From positions 450,001 through 482,000 of the forward strand of contig OW818675.1 of NCBI GenBank assembly GCA_942493095.1: a stretch of 32,000 nt of DNA, given 5' to 3'. The stretch comes from Candidatus Electronema halotolerans. Lineage in GTDB: Bacteria; Desulfobacterota; Desulfobulbia; Desulfobulbales; Desulfobulbaceae. Under the pieces are notes generated by a model. That model was not told where the DNA came from and searched no databases. It worked only from the letters and a program-made list of their open reading frames with translations. Shown here in pieces: positions 1 through 7,438 of the stretch; positions within the stretch are counted from its first letter, which is position 1; each line of letters starts with the position of its first letter. Position numbers and translations under genes: made by a program.

Positions 1-1107
1 CTGCCGCTCTTCTTCTGGGCCTGCCTCTGGTGGTTCTGCGCGGGCTTCAATGAGATTGACCGCCACGTGGACTTCCACGTTGTCAGGACGGCCAACCTTG
101 TCTTCACCGCCCTGAGCTGCGCAGTTCTCATCCGGCTGGCGGCACGGTTGCACTGGAAGAGCGCAGCTTGGCCGAGTCTGGCCCTGCCCGTGTTCATGGC
201 ATTCATGGCCCTTGCCATGCTCTTCTGGAGCGGACGGCTGCTGACCAACTTAGGCTGGCTGGCCTGGCCGCTGGTATTCGTGCTTCTCCATGACTGCCTG
301 CGGCAGGGACGCGGTCTGCTCCGGCCACACTGCCTGACCATCAACCACGTCATCGGCTTCCTCCTCCTGACCTTCATGCTGGCCTCAGAAAGCGGCTGGC
401 TGATGCGGCAGCTGGCTGGCCACAAAGGGGTGTGGAACTTGATTGTCTGGGGCCTGATCCCGGCTGGCATGATTTTGCTGGTTCACAGCCGCCGCCTGCA
501 AGACTTCTGGCCGCTGTCAGACTATCCTGCTGCTTATCAAAAAACCGCCTCAGCCATTCTCTCCGCCCAGCTCTGCCTCTGGCTGCTGGCAGGCAGCTTT
601 GGCAGCGCAGGCAATGCCGCGCCATTGCCCTACATTCCCCTGCTCAATCCGCTCGAACTGAGCCAGATGGCAGTAGTCCTCGTGTGTGGCTGGTGGCTGC
701 TCCGTCACCGTGATTATGCCGCCTTGCTGCCTAAGCCGCTGCCAATCGCCGCAGGCATCAGCTTCATCTGGCTCAACACAGTCTTGGCCCGCACTGTCCA
801 TCATTGGGCCGGAGTCTCCTTCCGTCTGGAGCCGATGCTCTCCTCCCGCATCTACCAGACTTCGCTGGCCATCCTCTGGGCTTTGCTCTCGCTGGCCCTG
901 ATGGTGGCTGCCGACCGCAGGCAAAGCCGCAAGGTCTGGTTCGCAGGCTGCGCCCTGATCGGGGCCACGGTGCTCAAGCTCTTCCTGATTGATCTGGCCA
1001 AGAGCGGCACCGTCGAGCGGATCGTCTCCTTCATCTCAGTCGGCCTTTTGGTGATTGTGATTAGCTGGTTCTCGCCCCTGCCGCCCAAAAAGGAGGAAGC
1101 TGAATGA
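1..1107 (+). CDS. DUF2339-like polytopic membrane protein, 5'-truncated by the window edge
   Basis: Frame 1 is open from nt 1 to TGA at 1105-1107, so the gene starts upstream. The product is a series of hydrophobic helices (e.g. LALPVFMAFMALAMLFW). The C-terminal LFLIDLAKSGTVERIVSFISVGLLVIVISWF resembles the DUF2339 C-terminus as I remember it. ATGA overlap with the next gene. Confidence 0.6.
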   Translation: MPLFFWACLWWFCAGFNEIDRHVDFHVVRTANLVFTALSCAVLIRLAARLHWKSAAWPSLALPVFMAFMALAMLFWSGRLLTNLGWLAWPLVFVLLHDCLRQGRGLLRPHCLTINHVIGFLLLTFMLASESGWLMRQLAGHKGVWNLIVWGLIPAGMILLVHSRRLQDFWPLSDYPAAYQKTASAILSAQLCLWLLAGSFGSAGNAAPLPYIPLLNPLELSQMAVVLVCGWWLLRHRDYAALLPKPLPIAAGISFIWLNTVLARTVHHWAGVSFRLEPMLSSRIYQTSLAILWALLSLALMVAADRRQSRKVWFAGCALIGATVLKLFLIDLAKSGTVERIVSFISVGLLVIVISWFSPLPPKKEEAE

Positions 1108-2456
1108 AACGTCTGCTCGTTCTGTGCCTGCTGCTCATCGCCGCTCCCTGTCTTGCTGCTGATCAGCCCCTGCACCGCGAGGATTTTGCCTACAGCATGG
1201 ACCTGACGGTCAGCGGCAGAAGCGCGATCTACAGCCTGACCCTTCCAGCCGAAATTTACAAAGGCTGCACCCGCTCTGACCTTGGCGACCTGCGGGTCTT
1301 CAATGCGCACGGCCCAGTGCCGCATCTCCTGCGTCAGCCGCAAGCAAAGCAGACAGAGCAGCCTGCGCAGACCCTGCCGTTCTTCCCGCTTGCTGAATCG
1401 ACGAACACGGGCAGCAAGCCTGCCGACCTTGGCATTGCCATCGGCGGAAATGGCGCGATTATCACCTTTTCGACAGGAGGGGCAGAGCAAAAGGCGCACG
1501 CTGTGAGCACCTATCTGCTCGATGCGTCCGCCTTGGAGCACAGCCCGGACTGGCTCGAATTTGCTTGGACAGGCGGCCAGTTCTCAGCCTCGGTGCGGCT
1601 TGAGAGCAGTGATGATTTGAACAGCTGGCGGCGGCTGGTTTCTTCAGCAGCCTTGGCGGAACTGCGCTTTGGCGGCCATGATCTGCTGCGCCAGCGGATT
1701 GACCTTGGCCAAAGAACGGCGGGCAAATACCTGCGCCTCTCCTGGCCGCAGGGCAAGGACGGCATCCGCCTGACTGCGGTCAAAGCTGGGTATGCCAATG
1801 AAATCCAGAGCCAGCCCCGCGCTCTGCTGACCTTGCTCGGTCAGCCTGATTCGGCAGCAAAGCCGGGCCGAGCTGCTTGGCTCTATGAGACTGAAGGTGT
1901 CTTTCCGGCAGATCAGCTCAATATCCGCCTGCCGGAGCAGAATGCGCTGGCTGAGTTTGCCGTCTTTTCACGGGTGGATGAGCAGGCGGCATGGCGGCGC
2001 AGAGGCTCGCTGCTGGCATGGCGGCTGACTGTTGACGGAACCCAGTTTGACAATGAGGCTCTGCGCTTTGCCCCGGTCGCTGACCGCTTCTGGCGGCTGG
2101 AAAGCGAGGCTGGCAGCAATACGGCACCTGTGCTGGAACTGGGCTGGCTGCCCGGCCAGCTCCTCTTTCTCGCGCAGGGAGAGGGGCCATACAGCTTAGT
2201 CTATGGCAAGACCGGACTGTTGCCAGTGCGCTCACAGGTGGCCCGACTGCTCCGGGATGCCGAGCCGCTCAAGGGCAGCAAGCTGATTGAGGCTGCTCAC
2301 GCCGGGCCGGAGAAGGTGCTGGCTGGCGCGGCAGCCTTGCAGCCGCAGAGGACAATTCCTTGGCGGCTCTGGCTGCTTTGGGCCGGACTGCTGGCCGGAG
2401 TGCTGGCAGTCGCGGCAATGGCCCTCAAGCTGTGGCGGGAGATGCAGAAGCGGTGA
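1104..2456 (+). CDS. DUF3999-like secreted/anchored protein
   Basis: Strong SD (AAGGAGGAAG, 1089-1098) and a 4-nt ATGA overlap with the upstream gene. N-terminal signal peptide (MKRLLVLCLLLIAAPCLAA) and C-terminal TM helix (LWLLWAGLLAGVLAVAAMAL). Size and pairing with DUF2339 fit the DUF3999 family from memory. Confidence 0.55.
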   Translation: MKRLLVLCLLLIAAPCLAADQPLHREDFAYSMDLTVSGRSAIYSLTLPAEIYKGCTRSDLGDLRVFNAHGPVPHLLRQPQAKQTEQPAQTLPFFPLAESTNTGSKPADLGIAIGGNGAIITFSTGGAEQKAHAVSTYLLDASALEHSPDWLEFAWTGGQFSASVRLESSDDLNSWRRLVSSAALAELRFGGHDLLRQRIDLGQRTAGKYLRLSWPQGKDGIRLTAVKAGYANEIQSQPRALLTLLGQPDSAAKPGRAAWLYETEGVFPADQLNIRLPEQNALAEFAVFSRVDEQAAWRRRGSLLAWRLTVDGTQFDNEALRFAPVADRFWRLESEAGSNTAPVLELGWLPGQLLFLAQGEGPYSLVYGKTGLLPVRSQVARLLRDAEPLKGSKLIEAAHAGPEKVLAGAAALQPQRTIPWRLWLLWAGLLAGVLAVAAMALKLWREMQKR

Positions 2457-2469
2457 TCTGCAAGGCTTT

Positions 2470-3303
2470 TCACAGCCCTTGCACAATTTCCAGCACAAGC
2501 TGCTGGAGACGCGGCTCGGCCCGCTGCGCAGCCGCCACAATGTCTTCCAGCAGAATCGGGGCAAGATTGTCCGGGTCATTGACATTGGCAACCACGGACA
2601 GGCCCAGCACTTGCAGGCCGCCGTGCAGCGCGGTGATCACCTCTGGCAGCGAGGACATGCCCACCGCATCTGCGCCCAGCAGGCGCAGCATCCGGGTCTC
2701 TGCCGGGGTCTCCAAACTGGGGCCGGGAATGCAGACGTAAGTGCCGGAGCAGACCTCGTCCAAGCCCAGCTTGCGGGCGGCGGCCTCAGCAAGACTGCGC
2801 AGCTCCGGGCTGTAGGGCTGGGACAAGTCAGGGAAGCGCGGCCCCCAGTCATCGACATTTGGCCCGCGCAGAGGATTGTCCGGCAGCAGGTTGAGATGGT
2901 CGCGGCAGATCATGATCGCGCCTGCCTGCCAGGCCGGATTAAGGCCGCCAGAGGCATTGGTGATGATGGCTGTCTTCACGCCGAGCAGCGACAGCACCCG
3001 CACCGGAAAGCCGACCTCGCGGGCCGAATAGCCCTCGTAATAATGGAAGCGTCCTTGCAGCACGGCAACTGGCTTGCCTGCCAAGCTGCCGCAGAGCAAG
3101 TTCCCGGCATGGCTGGTGACAGTGGAGCGGGGAAAATGCGGTATCTCCTCGTAAGGAATGCTGATGCTGCCGCGCATGGCCTTGGCAAGGCCGCCAAGGC
3201 CGGTGCCGAGTTGGATCAGAATTTGCGGCAGCACAGGCAGCCGGGCACGGAGAAAGGCGGCAGACTCCTCGGCCTGCTCCTTGTGCAGATTGATGGCAAG
3301 CAT
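2470..3303 (-). CDS. punA: purine nucleoside phosphorylase (PNP/MTAP family 2)
   Basis: 277 aa with typical PunA blocks: IQLGTGLGGLA, HFPRSTVTSHAGNLLCG, QGRFHYYEGY, ITNASGGLN, GPRFPDLS, GPSLETPAE, LGADAVGMS. Confidence 0.85.
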   Translation of the reverse strand: MLAINLHKEQAEESAAFLRARLPVLPQILIQLGTGLGGLAKAMRGSISIPYEEIPHFPRSTVTSHAGNLLCGSLAGKPVAVLQGRFHYYEGYSAREVGFPVRVLSLLGVKTAIITNASGGLNPAWQAGAIMICRDHLNLLPDNPLRGPNVDDWGPRFPDLSQPYSPELRSLAEAAARKLGLDEVCSGTYVCIPGPSLETPAETRMLRLLGADAVGMSSLPEVITALHGGLQVLGLSVVANVNDPDNLAPILLEDIVAAAQRAEPRLQQLVLEIVQGL

Positions 3304-3521
3304 GATGGGCTGGTTGTTTCAGTTTATCTCGAAATACACCAAAATGGTGTCATACTGCGCCGGTGGAAATTCATTGGCATTTTTTTGAGAGGCAGCCGCT
3401 GGTCATCATAGCCGTGTTTTGCAACAATTTCAACATATTTTCAACAACCGCCCAAGTCCCGGAGAGCATGGCGGACGACAGCGGCTCACTTGCGGAACAT
3501 GCCACACTGTAGCAAATCGTC

Positions 3522-3550
3522 CTTGACCGCCACGATGCCTTGTGGTATAG
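3522..3550 (+). promoter_or_regulatory. possible sigma70 promoter for the SQR-like operon (TTGACC-17 nt-TATAGC with TG extended -10)
   Basis: TTGACC at 3522-3527, a 17-nt spacer, then TGGTATAGC with the -10 hexamer at 3545-3550. It lies about 140 nt upstream of the ATG at 3690. Motif match only. Confidence 0.25.
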
Positions 3551-3689
3551 CATATTCGTGACAGCATAAAAATATCGCAACGGTGTGCAGCCGCAGAATG
3601 ACATTGCCCATTCCTGCGGATGACAGGCGCAATTGAGCCGGACAGATTCTCTGGCCGGCTATGACAGAACGTTCAAAGGGAGATGCAAG

Positions 3690-4919
3690 ATGAAAAAGCT
3701 GGTAATTCTTGGAGCAGGCTGTGCAGGAACAATGGTTGCAAACAACCTGCGCAAGAAGCTGTCCCGCGATGAGTGGTCGATTACAATCATTGATAAAGAT
3801 GACAGACATATTTATCAGCCCGGCCTGATCTTCATCCCTTTCGGCATGTACAAGCCTGAAGAGATCGTCCGTACCCGCAGCGAGTTTATCGGCAAGGGAA
3901 TCAACTTTGTTGTCGATGAGATTGTCGGGGTTGACACTGCCACCCAGACCGTGGAGACCACAGCGGGCAAATATGAATACGACAAGATCATCGTCTGCAC
4001 CGGCGTGAGTTTGGCCCCGGAAGAAATTCCGGGCATGATGGACGGCTGGCAGACCAAGGTCTTTGATTTTTACACCTTGGAAGGGGCGGTGAACCTGGAG
4101 AAGAAGCTGCGCTCTTTCAAAGAAGGAACGATGGTGCTGAATATTGCGGAGTTTCCCTACAAATGCCCGGTTGCGCCGCTGGAATTCGTCTATCTTGCTG
4201 ACTGGTATTTTGCCGAGCGCGGGGTTCGGGATAAAATCGACATCCATTTTGTCACCCCCATGACCGGAGCCTTTACCAAGCCCAAGGCCTCGGCCTACTT
4301 CACCAAGATGATGATCGATAAGAACATCAAGGTCACTGCGGATTTCATCCTTGCCGAGGTTGACTGCACCAATAACAAACTGATCTCCGCAGCCGGTGAT
4401 GAAATTGCGTGGGATTTGCTGGTTTCCATTCCACCCAATGTCGGAGCGCGCTATTTGGTCAATTCCAAGGTTGCTATGGATGAGATCGGTTACGTGAAAA
4501 CGAACAACCATACCTTGCAGGCGGAAGCGCACGAGAACATGTATGTGCTCGGTGACAACACCACGATCCCCACCTCCAAGGCTGGTTCAGTGGCCCATTT
4601 CTCCGCAGAAATCATGATAGAGAACTTCATGCGCGAGATCAACGGCGAGCCGGTCCGGCCTGACTACGACGGTCATTCCAACTGCTTCATCGAGACCGGT
4701 TATGGCAAGGCCTCTCTCATTGACTTCAACTACGAATACGAGCCGCTGCCCGGTAAATTCCCCCTGCCAGGACTCGGACCCTTTTCTCTTCTCGGCGACA
4801 CCAAGGCCAATCATTGGGGCAAGATGATGTTCAAATGGGTGTACTGGAACAAACTGCTGACCGGTGAGGAGCTGCCGCTTGAGGCCCAGATGTCTCTTGC
4901 GGGCAAGGTTCAGGAATAA
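3690..4919 (+). CDS. NAD(P)/FAD-dependent oxidoreductase, sulfide:quinone oxidoreductase-like
   Basis: Start chosen at the ATG preceded by AAAGGGAG (3675-3682); the track start at 3633 lacks an SD. N-terminal Rossmann motif KKLVILGAGCAGTMVAN. Two SQR-type Cys contexts are present (FPYKCPVAPLEF and HSNCFIETGYG). Followed by a DUF1641 gene, which is a common pairing. Confidence 0.75.
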   Translation: MKKLVILGAGCAGTMVANNLRKKLSRDEWSITIIDKDDRHIYQPGLIFIPFGMYKPEEIVRTRSEFIGKGINFVVDEIVGVDTATQTVETTAGKYEYDKIIVCTGVSLAPEEIPGMMDGWQTKVFDFYTLEGAVNLEKKLRSFKEGTMVLNIAEFPYKCPVAPLEFVYLADWYFAERGVRDKIDIHFVTPMTGAFTKPKASAYFTKMMIDKNIKVTADFILAEVDCTNNKLISAAGDEIAWDLLVSIPPNVGARYLVNSKVAMDEIGYVKTNNHTLQAEAHENMYVLGDNTTIPTSKAGSVAHFSAEIMIENFMREINGEPVRPDYDGHSNCFIETGYGKASLIDFNYEYEPLPGKFPLPGLGPFSLLGDTKANHWGKMMFKWVYWNKLLTGEELPLEAQMSLAGKVQE

Positions 4920-4930
4920 GGGAGAGCATC

Positions 4931-5689
4931 ATGACCAATGAAGAAAAGATTCTCGCCCGCCTCGATGAACTCACCGAGGAAGTGCGGGAAGCTAAACGTG
5001 CTGTCAGACCCTACGTGGAGCTGAAGCAGGAGTTGGAACCCCTGATCCACTCAATGGTTCATGAGGCCACAGCACGCCTGAGTGGTCTGGATAAAAATGT
5101 GGATTTGGAAGATGTCGGGGACATGATCGGCCAGTCCCTGGCATCCAGCGGCAACATTGCCGAAGCTCTCAAAACCCTGAACAGCATTATGGAGTTTAAA
5201 AGGGATTTTGAGCCGCACGGCAAAGACATGTTTCATGAGCTGGCCCTGCGCCTGCAAACCGCTTTCCAGGGCTTTGAGGGAGAAAACCTGCAGGAGCTGC
5301 TCAGGCAGTTCATCATCAATATGGGCAATCTTGCCGAAATGATGAAGCTGCTCGGCTCCTTTATGGACATGAAGCGCGATGTTGCCGAGTTGAGCGGGCC
5401 GGTCGTCAACGACATGATTGAGCGTCTGGACAGCCTCAAGAAACGCGGCCTGTTTGATGATTTTGAACGGATGATGGCAATTGGCGAGCGGGTCAGCACC
5501 AAGATGAAGGCAATTGACCTTGACAAGGCAAAGCCAATCACCGGCATCTTTGGCATGTTGTCCGCTTTGAAACGCAAGGAGGTTCAGGAGGGGCTTGGCG
5601 TGCTGATCGAGCTGTCAACTGTGGCCGCAGCTATGAAAGAGCCGACAGCAGAGCAATCTGGCCAAGCCTGCTGCGCCAAGACGGCCTGA
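4931..5689 (+). CDS. DUF1641 domain-containing protein (helical, internally repetitive)
   Basis: SD AAGGGAG (4918-4924) before the ATG. C-terminal block ITGIFGMLSALKRKEVQEGLGVLIELSTV matches the DUF1641 signature as I recall it. Located 11 nt downstream of the flavoprotein gene. Confidence 0.65.
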   Translation: MTNEEKILARLDELTEEVREAKRAVRPYVELKQELEPLIHSMVHEATARLSGLDKNVDLEDVGDMIGQSLASSGNIAEALKTLNSIMEFKRDFEPHGKDMFHELALRLQTAFQGFEGENLQELLRQFIINMGNLAEMMKLLGSFMDMKRDVAELSGPVVNDMIERLDSLKKRGLFDDFERMMAIGERVSTKMKAIDLDKAKPITGIFGMLSALKRKEVQEGLGVLIELSTVAAAMKEPTAEQSGQACCAKTA

Positions 5690-5705
5690 ATGCTGTTGTC
5701 TCTCC

Positions 5706-5733
5706 GGGACAGGGTTCTCCTGTCCCGTTGTTG
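5706..5733 (+). terminator. hairpin between convergent genes, possible intrinsic terminator
   Basis: Perfect 8-bp stem GGGACAGG / CCTGTCCC (5706-5713 and 5719-5726), 5-nt loop, followed by GTTGTTG. It sits between the DUF1641 stop (5689) and the nif-like stop (5737). Confidence 0.4.
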
Positions 5734-5736
5734 CTC

Positions 5737-7098
5737 TCACATATAGGAATAGCCGACTGGCGAGTCGTCCTGCTTCTTGGCGATCAGGGCATTGGTGACA
5801 CTGTCAAAGAGCTGCTGCGCCCCTTGGTAGCCGAGATGGAGGATGCGCTGGCCGCCGACCCGGTCATGAATCGGGAAGCCGACCCGGATCAGCGGGATGT
5901 CCAGCTTGCGGGCCAGCGGATAGCCCTTGGAATGGCCGATGATGATATCCGGCTTCAGGACTTCGGCCTGCTCGGCGATGTCAAAGAAGTCCGCGCCCTC
6001 ATGCACGTCCGGCTGTTCAGCAAGGATGCCGTCTGTCACCTCGGCAATGGCTCCGGCCAGCTTGCCCGACGTGCCCCCGGAAGCGCAGAGCACTGGCACG
6101 ATGCCGATCTCAGCCAAGAACGCAGTCAGCCCGACCACCAAATCCTCCTCGCCATAGATGATGGTCCGCTTGCCAAACACGTACTTGTGGCCATCCACAT
6201 AAGCATCCACCAGCCTGCCCCGTTCCTTCTGGTATTTTTCCGGCATTACCTGGCCGCTCAGGTCTGAGAGCAGGGCAAAGAAACGGTCAGTCTCCTCAAT
6301 GCCAATGGGCATGCCGAGCTGATGCCGCCGCACCTTGAACTTGTTGTCCAAGGTCAGCGCCCCGCTCAGGCCGCTGCTGATGGTGCGGCTGAACTCAATG
6401 GTCGCCTGACTGCGGCCCATTGCGCTGATCGCGGCCAAGGGCGTGCCGCCAGGGGCAATCTTCTCGTAGTCGAGCTGGGCCGGGCCGTCCATAGTCTCGG
6501 ACAAATCCGGCAGCATGGTGTAGGTCAGGCCAAATTCGGCCATGATCTCGTGCAGAAGGCGGCAGTCTGCTGAGGAGACAAAGCCGGGCAGCAGGTTGAC
6601 GGTCTCGGTGCGCGGGCCGCCGCCAGCCCGCTGCGCAATCACGGCCTGCACTGCTCCGTGAAAGCCCTCGATATGAGTGCCGGAGTAGCTCGGCGAGGCG
6701 ACGTGGACAAATTCCGGCAGCCCTTCTGATCCCTCGGTGTCCTTGGCATACTCATGGAGATAGCGGGCCACGTCATCGCCGATTGTCTCGGTCAGGCAGG
6801 TGGTGGCAATGCCGATCAGAGCGGGCCGGTACTTGGCCGCCACATTGGTCAGGCCCAGCTTGAGATTGGGGCCGCCGCCGTAGATGGCGTTCTTCTCGGA
6901 CAGTGACGACGAGGCAATGTCTATTGGCTCATTGTAATGGCTGATGATGTAGCGGCGCATGTAGGTGGCGCAGCCCTGCGAGCCGTGCAGGTACGGCACT
7001 GCGCCCTCAATGCCCTTGAAGGCCAGACATGCGCCCAGCGGGCGGCAGAGCTTGCAGGCATTGGTGGTTGAGATGTAGTTGGGATGCGGCTTGCTCAT
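5737..7098 (-). CDS. nitrogenase component 1-type oxidoreductase, NifK/NifN-like (orphan)
   Basis: Start set at the ATG at 7098, preceded by AAGGAG (complement of 7104-7109). Motifs: CRPLGA (Cys18), LHGSQGC (Cys43), ATTCLTETIGDD (Cys101). The Cys spacings of 25 and 58 aa equal those I recall for the NifK P-cluster ligands Cys70/95/153. The 453-aa length is NifN-like. Confidence 0.8.
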   Translation of the reverse strand: MSKPHPNYISTTNACKLCRPLGACLAFKGIEGAVPYLHGSQGCATYMRRYIISHYNEPIDIASSSLSEKNAIYGGGPNLKLGLTNVAAKYRPALIGIATTCLTETIGDDVARYLHEYAKDTEGSEGLPEFVHVASPSYSGTHIEGFHGAVQAVIAQRAGGGPRTETVNLLPGFVSSADCRLLHEIMAEFGLTYTMLPDLSETMDGPAQLDYEKIAPGGTPLAAISAMGRSQATIEFSRTISSGLSGALTLDNKFKVRRHQLGMPIGIEETDRFFALLSDLSGQVMPEKYQKERGRLVDAYVDGHKYVFGKRTIIYGEEDLVVGLTAFLAEIGIVPVLCASGGTSGKLAGAIAEVTDGILAEQPDVHEGADFFDIAEQAEVLKPDIIIGHSKGYPLARKLDIPLIRVGFPIHDRVGGQRILHLGYQGAQQLFDSVTNALIAKKQDDSPVGYSYM

Positions 7099-7134
7099 GA
7101 TCACTCCTTGGGGATAAGTTGACAAGGCTGCCGC

Positions 7135-7151
7135 TGCAAAGGCTGTGCCAC
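7135..7151 (-). promoter_or_regulatory. sigma54 (-24/-12) promoter of the NifK/NifN-like gene
   Basis: The reverse complement of 7135-7151 reads GTGGCACAGCCTTTGCA, i.e. TGGCAC-N5-TTGCA with canonical GG/GC spacing. The -12 element is about 38 nt upstream of the ATG at 7098. Confidence 0.6.
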
Positions 7152-7168
7152 GCCAAGGCTTCCTGTTG

Positions 7169-7181
7169 TATCAAGGGGTTG
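7169..7181. promoter_or_regulatory. IHF-consensus-like site (WATCAANNNNTTR)
   Basis: TATCAAGGGGTTG at 7169-7181 fits WATCAA-N4-TTR. It lies roughly 50 bp upstream of the predicted sigma54 transcription start. Single low-information match. Confidence 0.2.
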
Positions 7182-7255
7182 TCTGCTGCCGGACAGGAAA
7201 GCCTCAGACAACATTCCTGTTGCTGGTGTGACAAAATTGCAGGCAGCGACGTTTT

Positions 7256-7271
7256 TGTCGGCAATGTGACA
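7256..7271. promoter_or_regulatory. TGT-N10-ACA element (NifA-type UAS consensus)
   Basis: TGTCGGCAATGTGACA at 7256-7271, about 105 bp upstream of the -24 element. The motif carries only 6 informative bases, so a chance occurrence in this region is quite possible. Confidence 0.2.
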
Positions 7272-7346
7272 TGCTCCACTCATGGCGCCAGCTTGACGCG
7301 CCCTCAGCATGCTCACCGTTTGACCGACAGCATGGTGTCGTGTCTG

Positions 7347-7438
7347 TCGAATGCATGCATTCGTGCTGATCAAATGCATGGTTTCGATCCAATCAAATGC
7401 ATGCATTCGTGCCGATCAAATGCGTGGTTTCGTGTGAA
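7347..7438. repeat. four phased 23-bp repeats (two 46-bp tandem units) with core TCRAATGCRTG
   Basis: Units start at 7347, 7370, 7393 and 7416: tcgaatgcatgcattcgtgctga / tcaaatgcatggtttcgatccaa / tcaaatgcatgcattcgtgccga / tcaaatgcgtggtttcgtgtgaa. The 46-bp units match at 37 of the first 40 positions. 7348-7363 (cgaatgcatgcattcg) is a perfect 16-bp palindrome. Confidence 0.85.

Noticed and set aside
3336-3350. Inverted repeat ACACCA-AAA-TGGTGT in the punA / SQR-like divergent region.
   Set aside because: It is a single short 6-bp-arm palindrome with no second copy and no known motif that I recognise. It could be an operator but cannot be supported further.
3375-3389. TGGCAT-TTTTT-TGA resembling a sigma54 -24/-12 element upstream of the SQR-like gene.
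   Set aside because: The -12 element is GA rather than GC and the spacing is one nucleotide short of consensus. It is much weaker than the element at 7135-7151.
2287-3411. Long + strand ORF (374 aa) antisense to punA. Similar long antisense ORFs occur at 3486-4532, 7617-8312, 14592-15827, 15871-16731, 23557-24420, 24904-25821 and 29384-30103.
   Set aside because: Each lies opposite a gene with unmistakable conserved motifs. Their translations are Arg/Ala/Gly/Pro-rich and low in complexity, as expected for shadow ORFs in GC-rich DNA. None has an SD or a recognisable motif.
7348-7363. The palindrome CGAATGCATGCATTCG considered as an ArgR ARG box for argG.
   Set aside because: ARG boxes have TGAAT and ATTCA separated by 4 A/T bases and occur in pairs with a 21-bp period. 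Here the spacer is 6 nt of GC-containing sequence, the period is 23 bp, and the site is more than 300 bp upstream of the putative argG promoter.
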